Source: Macrostomum lignano
Taxonomy: Eukaryota
Direction: 5' to 3'
Length of the DNA stretch: 64,000 nt
NCBI GenBank assembly: GCA_002269645.1
Contig: NIVC01000292.1
Location: forward strand, 62,001 to 126,000
Part shown: one piece after another, positions 63,283 to 64,000 of the stretch
Position numbering within the stretch: the stretch's first letter is position 1
Layout of the letters: each line of letters starts with the position of its first letter
Translations under genes and position numbers: made by a program
The notes under the pieces: model-generated
Told to the model about the DNA's origin: nothing
The model's input: the letters and a program-made list of their open reading frames with translations, nothing else
Databases searched by the model: none

Positions 63283-64000
<718 letters not shown>

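Overview
Eukaryotic (metazoan) genomic DNA with GT-AG introns and GC-rich exons. About 35 distinct micro/minisatellite arrays cover roughly 38% of the window by my hand tally. This architecture resembles the free-living flatworm Macrostomum, but that assignment is inference only. Five protein-coding genes can be reconstructed by hand-splicing: (1) the last four exons of a divergent M13/neprilysin-like peptidase (+, 1262-2676); (2) a scribbler/brakeless (ZNF608/ZNF609) orthologue (+, 18484-21252, with an apparent -1 frameshift near 20160); (3) a TENT4/PAPD5-7/Trf4 non-canonical poly(A) polymerase (+, 36948-41398), whose conserved MDPR N-terminus is out of frame and ends in a TGATG stop/start overlap; (4) MCRS1 (+, 45884-47489); (5) an LMO4-like LIM-only gene (-, 61040-57489). 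An AT-rich island (~32.7-36.5 kb) contains a 293-bp MITE with 64-bp TIRs and a 9-bp TSD (Mutator-like). Nearly all long ORFs in the supplied track are stop-free readings of tandem repeats, not genes. The most notable patterns are: minisatellites that sit right against splice sites or a stop codon and appear built from branch-point-like or stop-codon sequence; an array of AP-1 and 5'-splice-site motifs upstream of MCRS1; and two same-direction single-base frameshifts that may be assembly errors. No rRNA, tRNA or CRISPR array was recognised.
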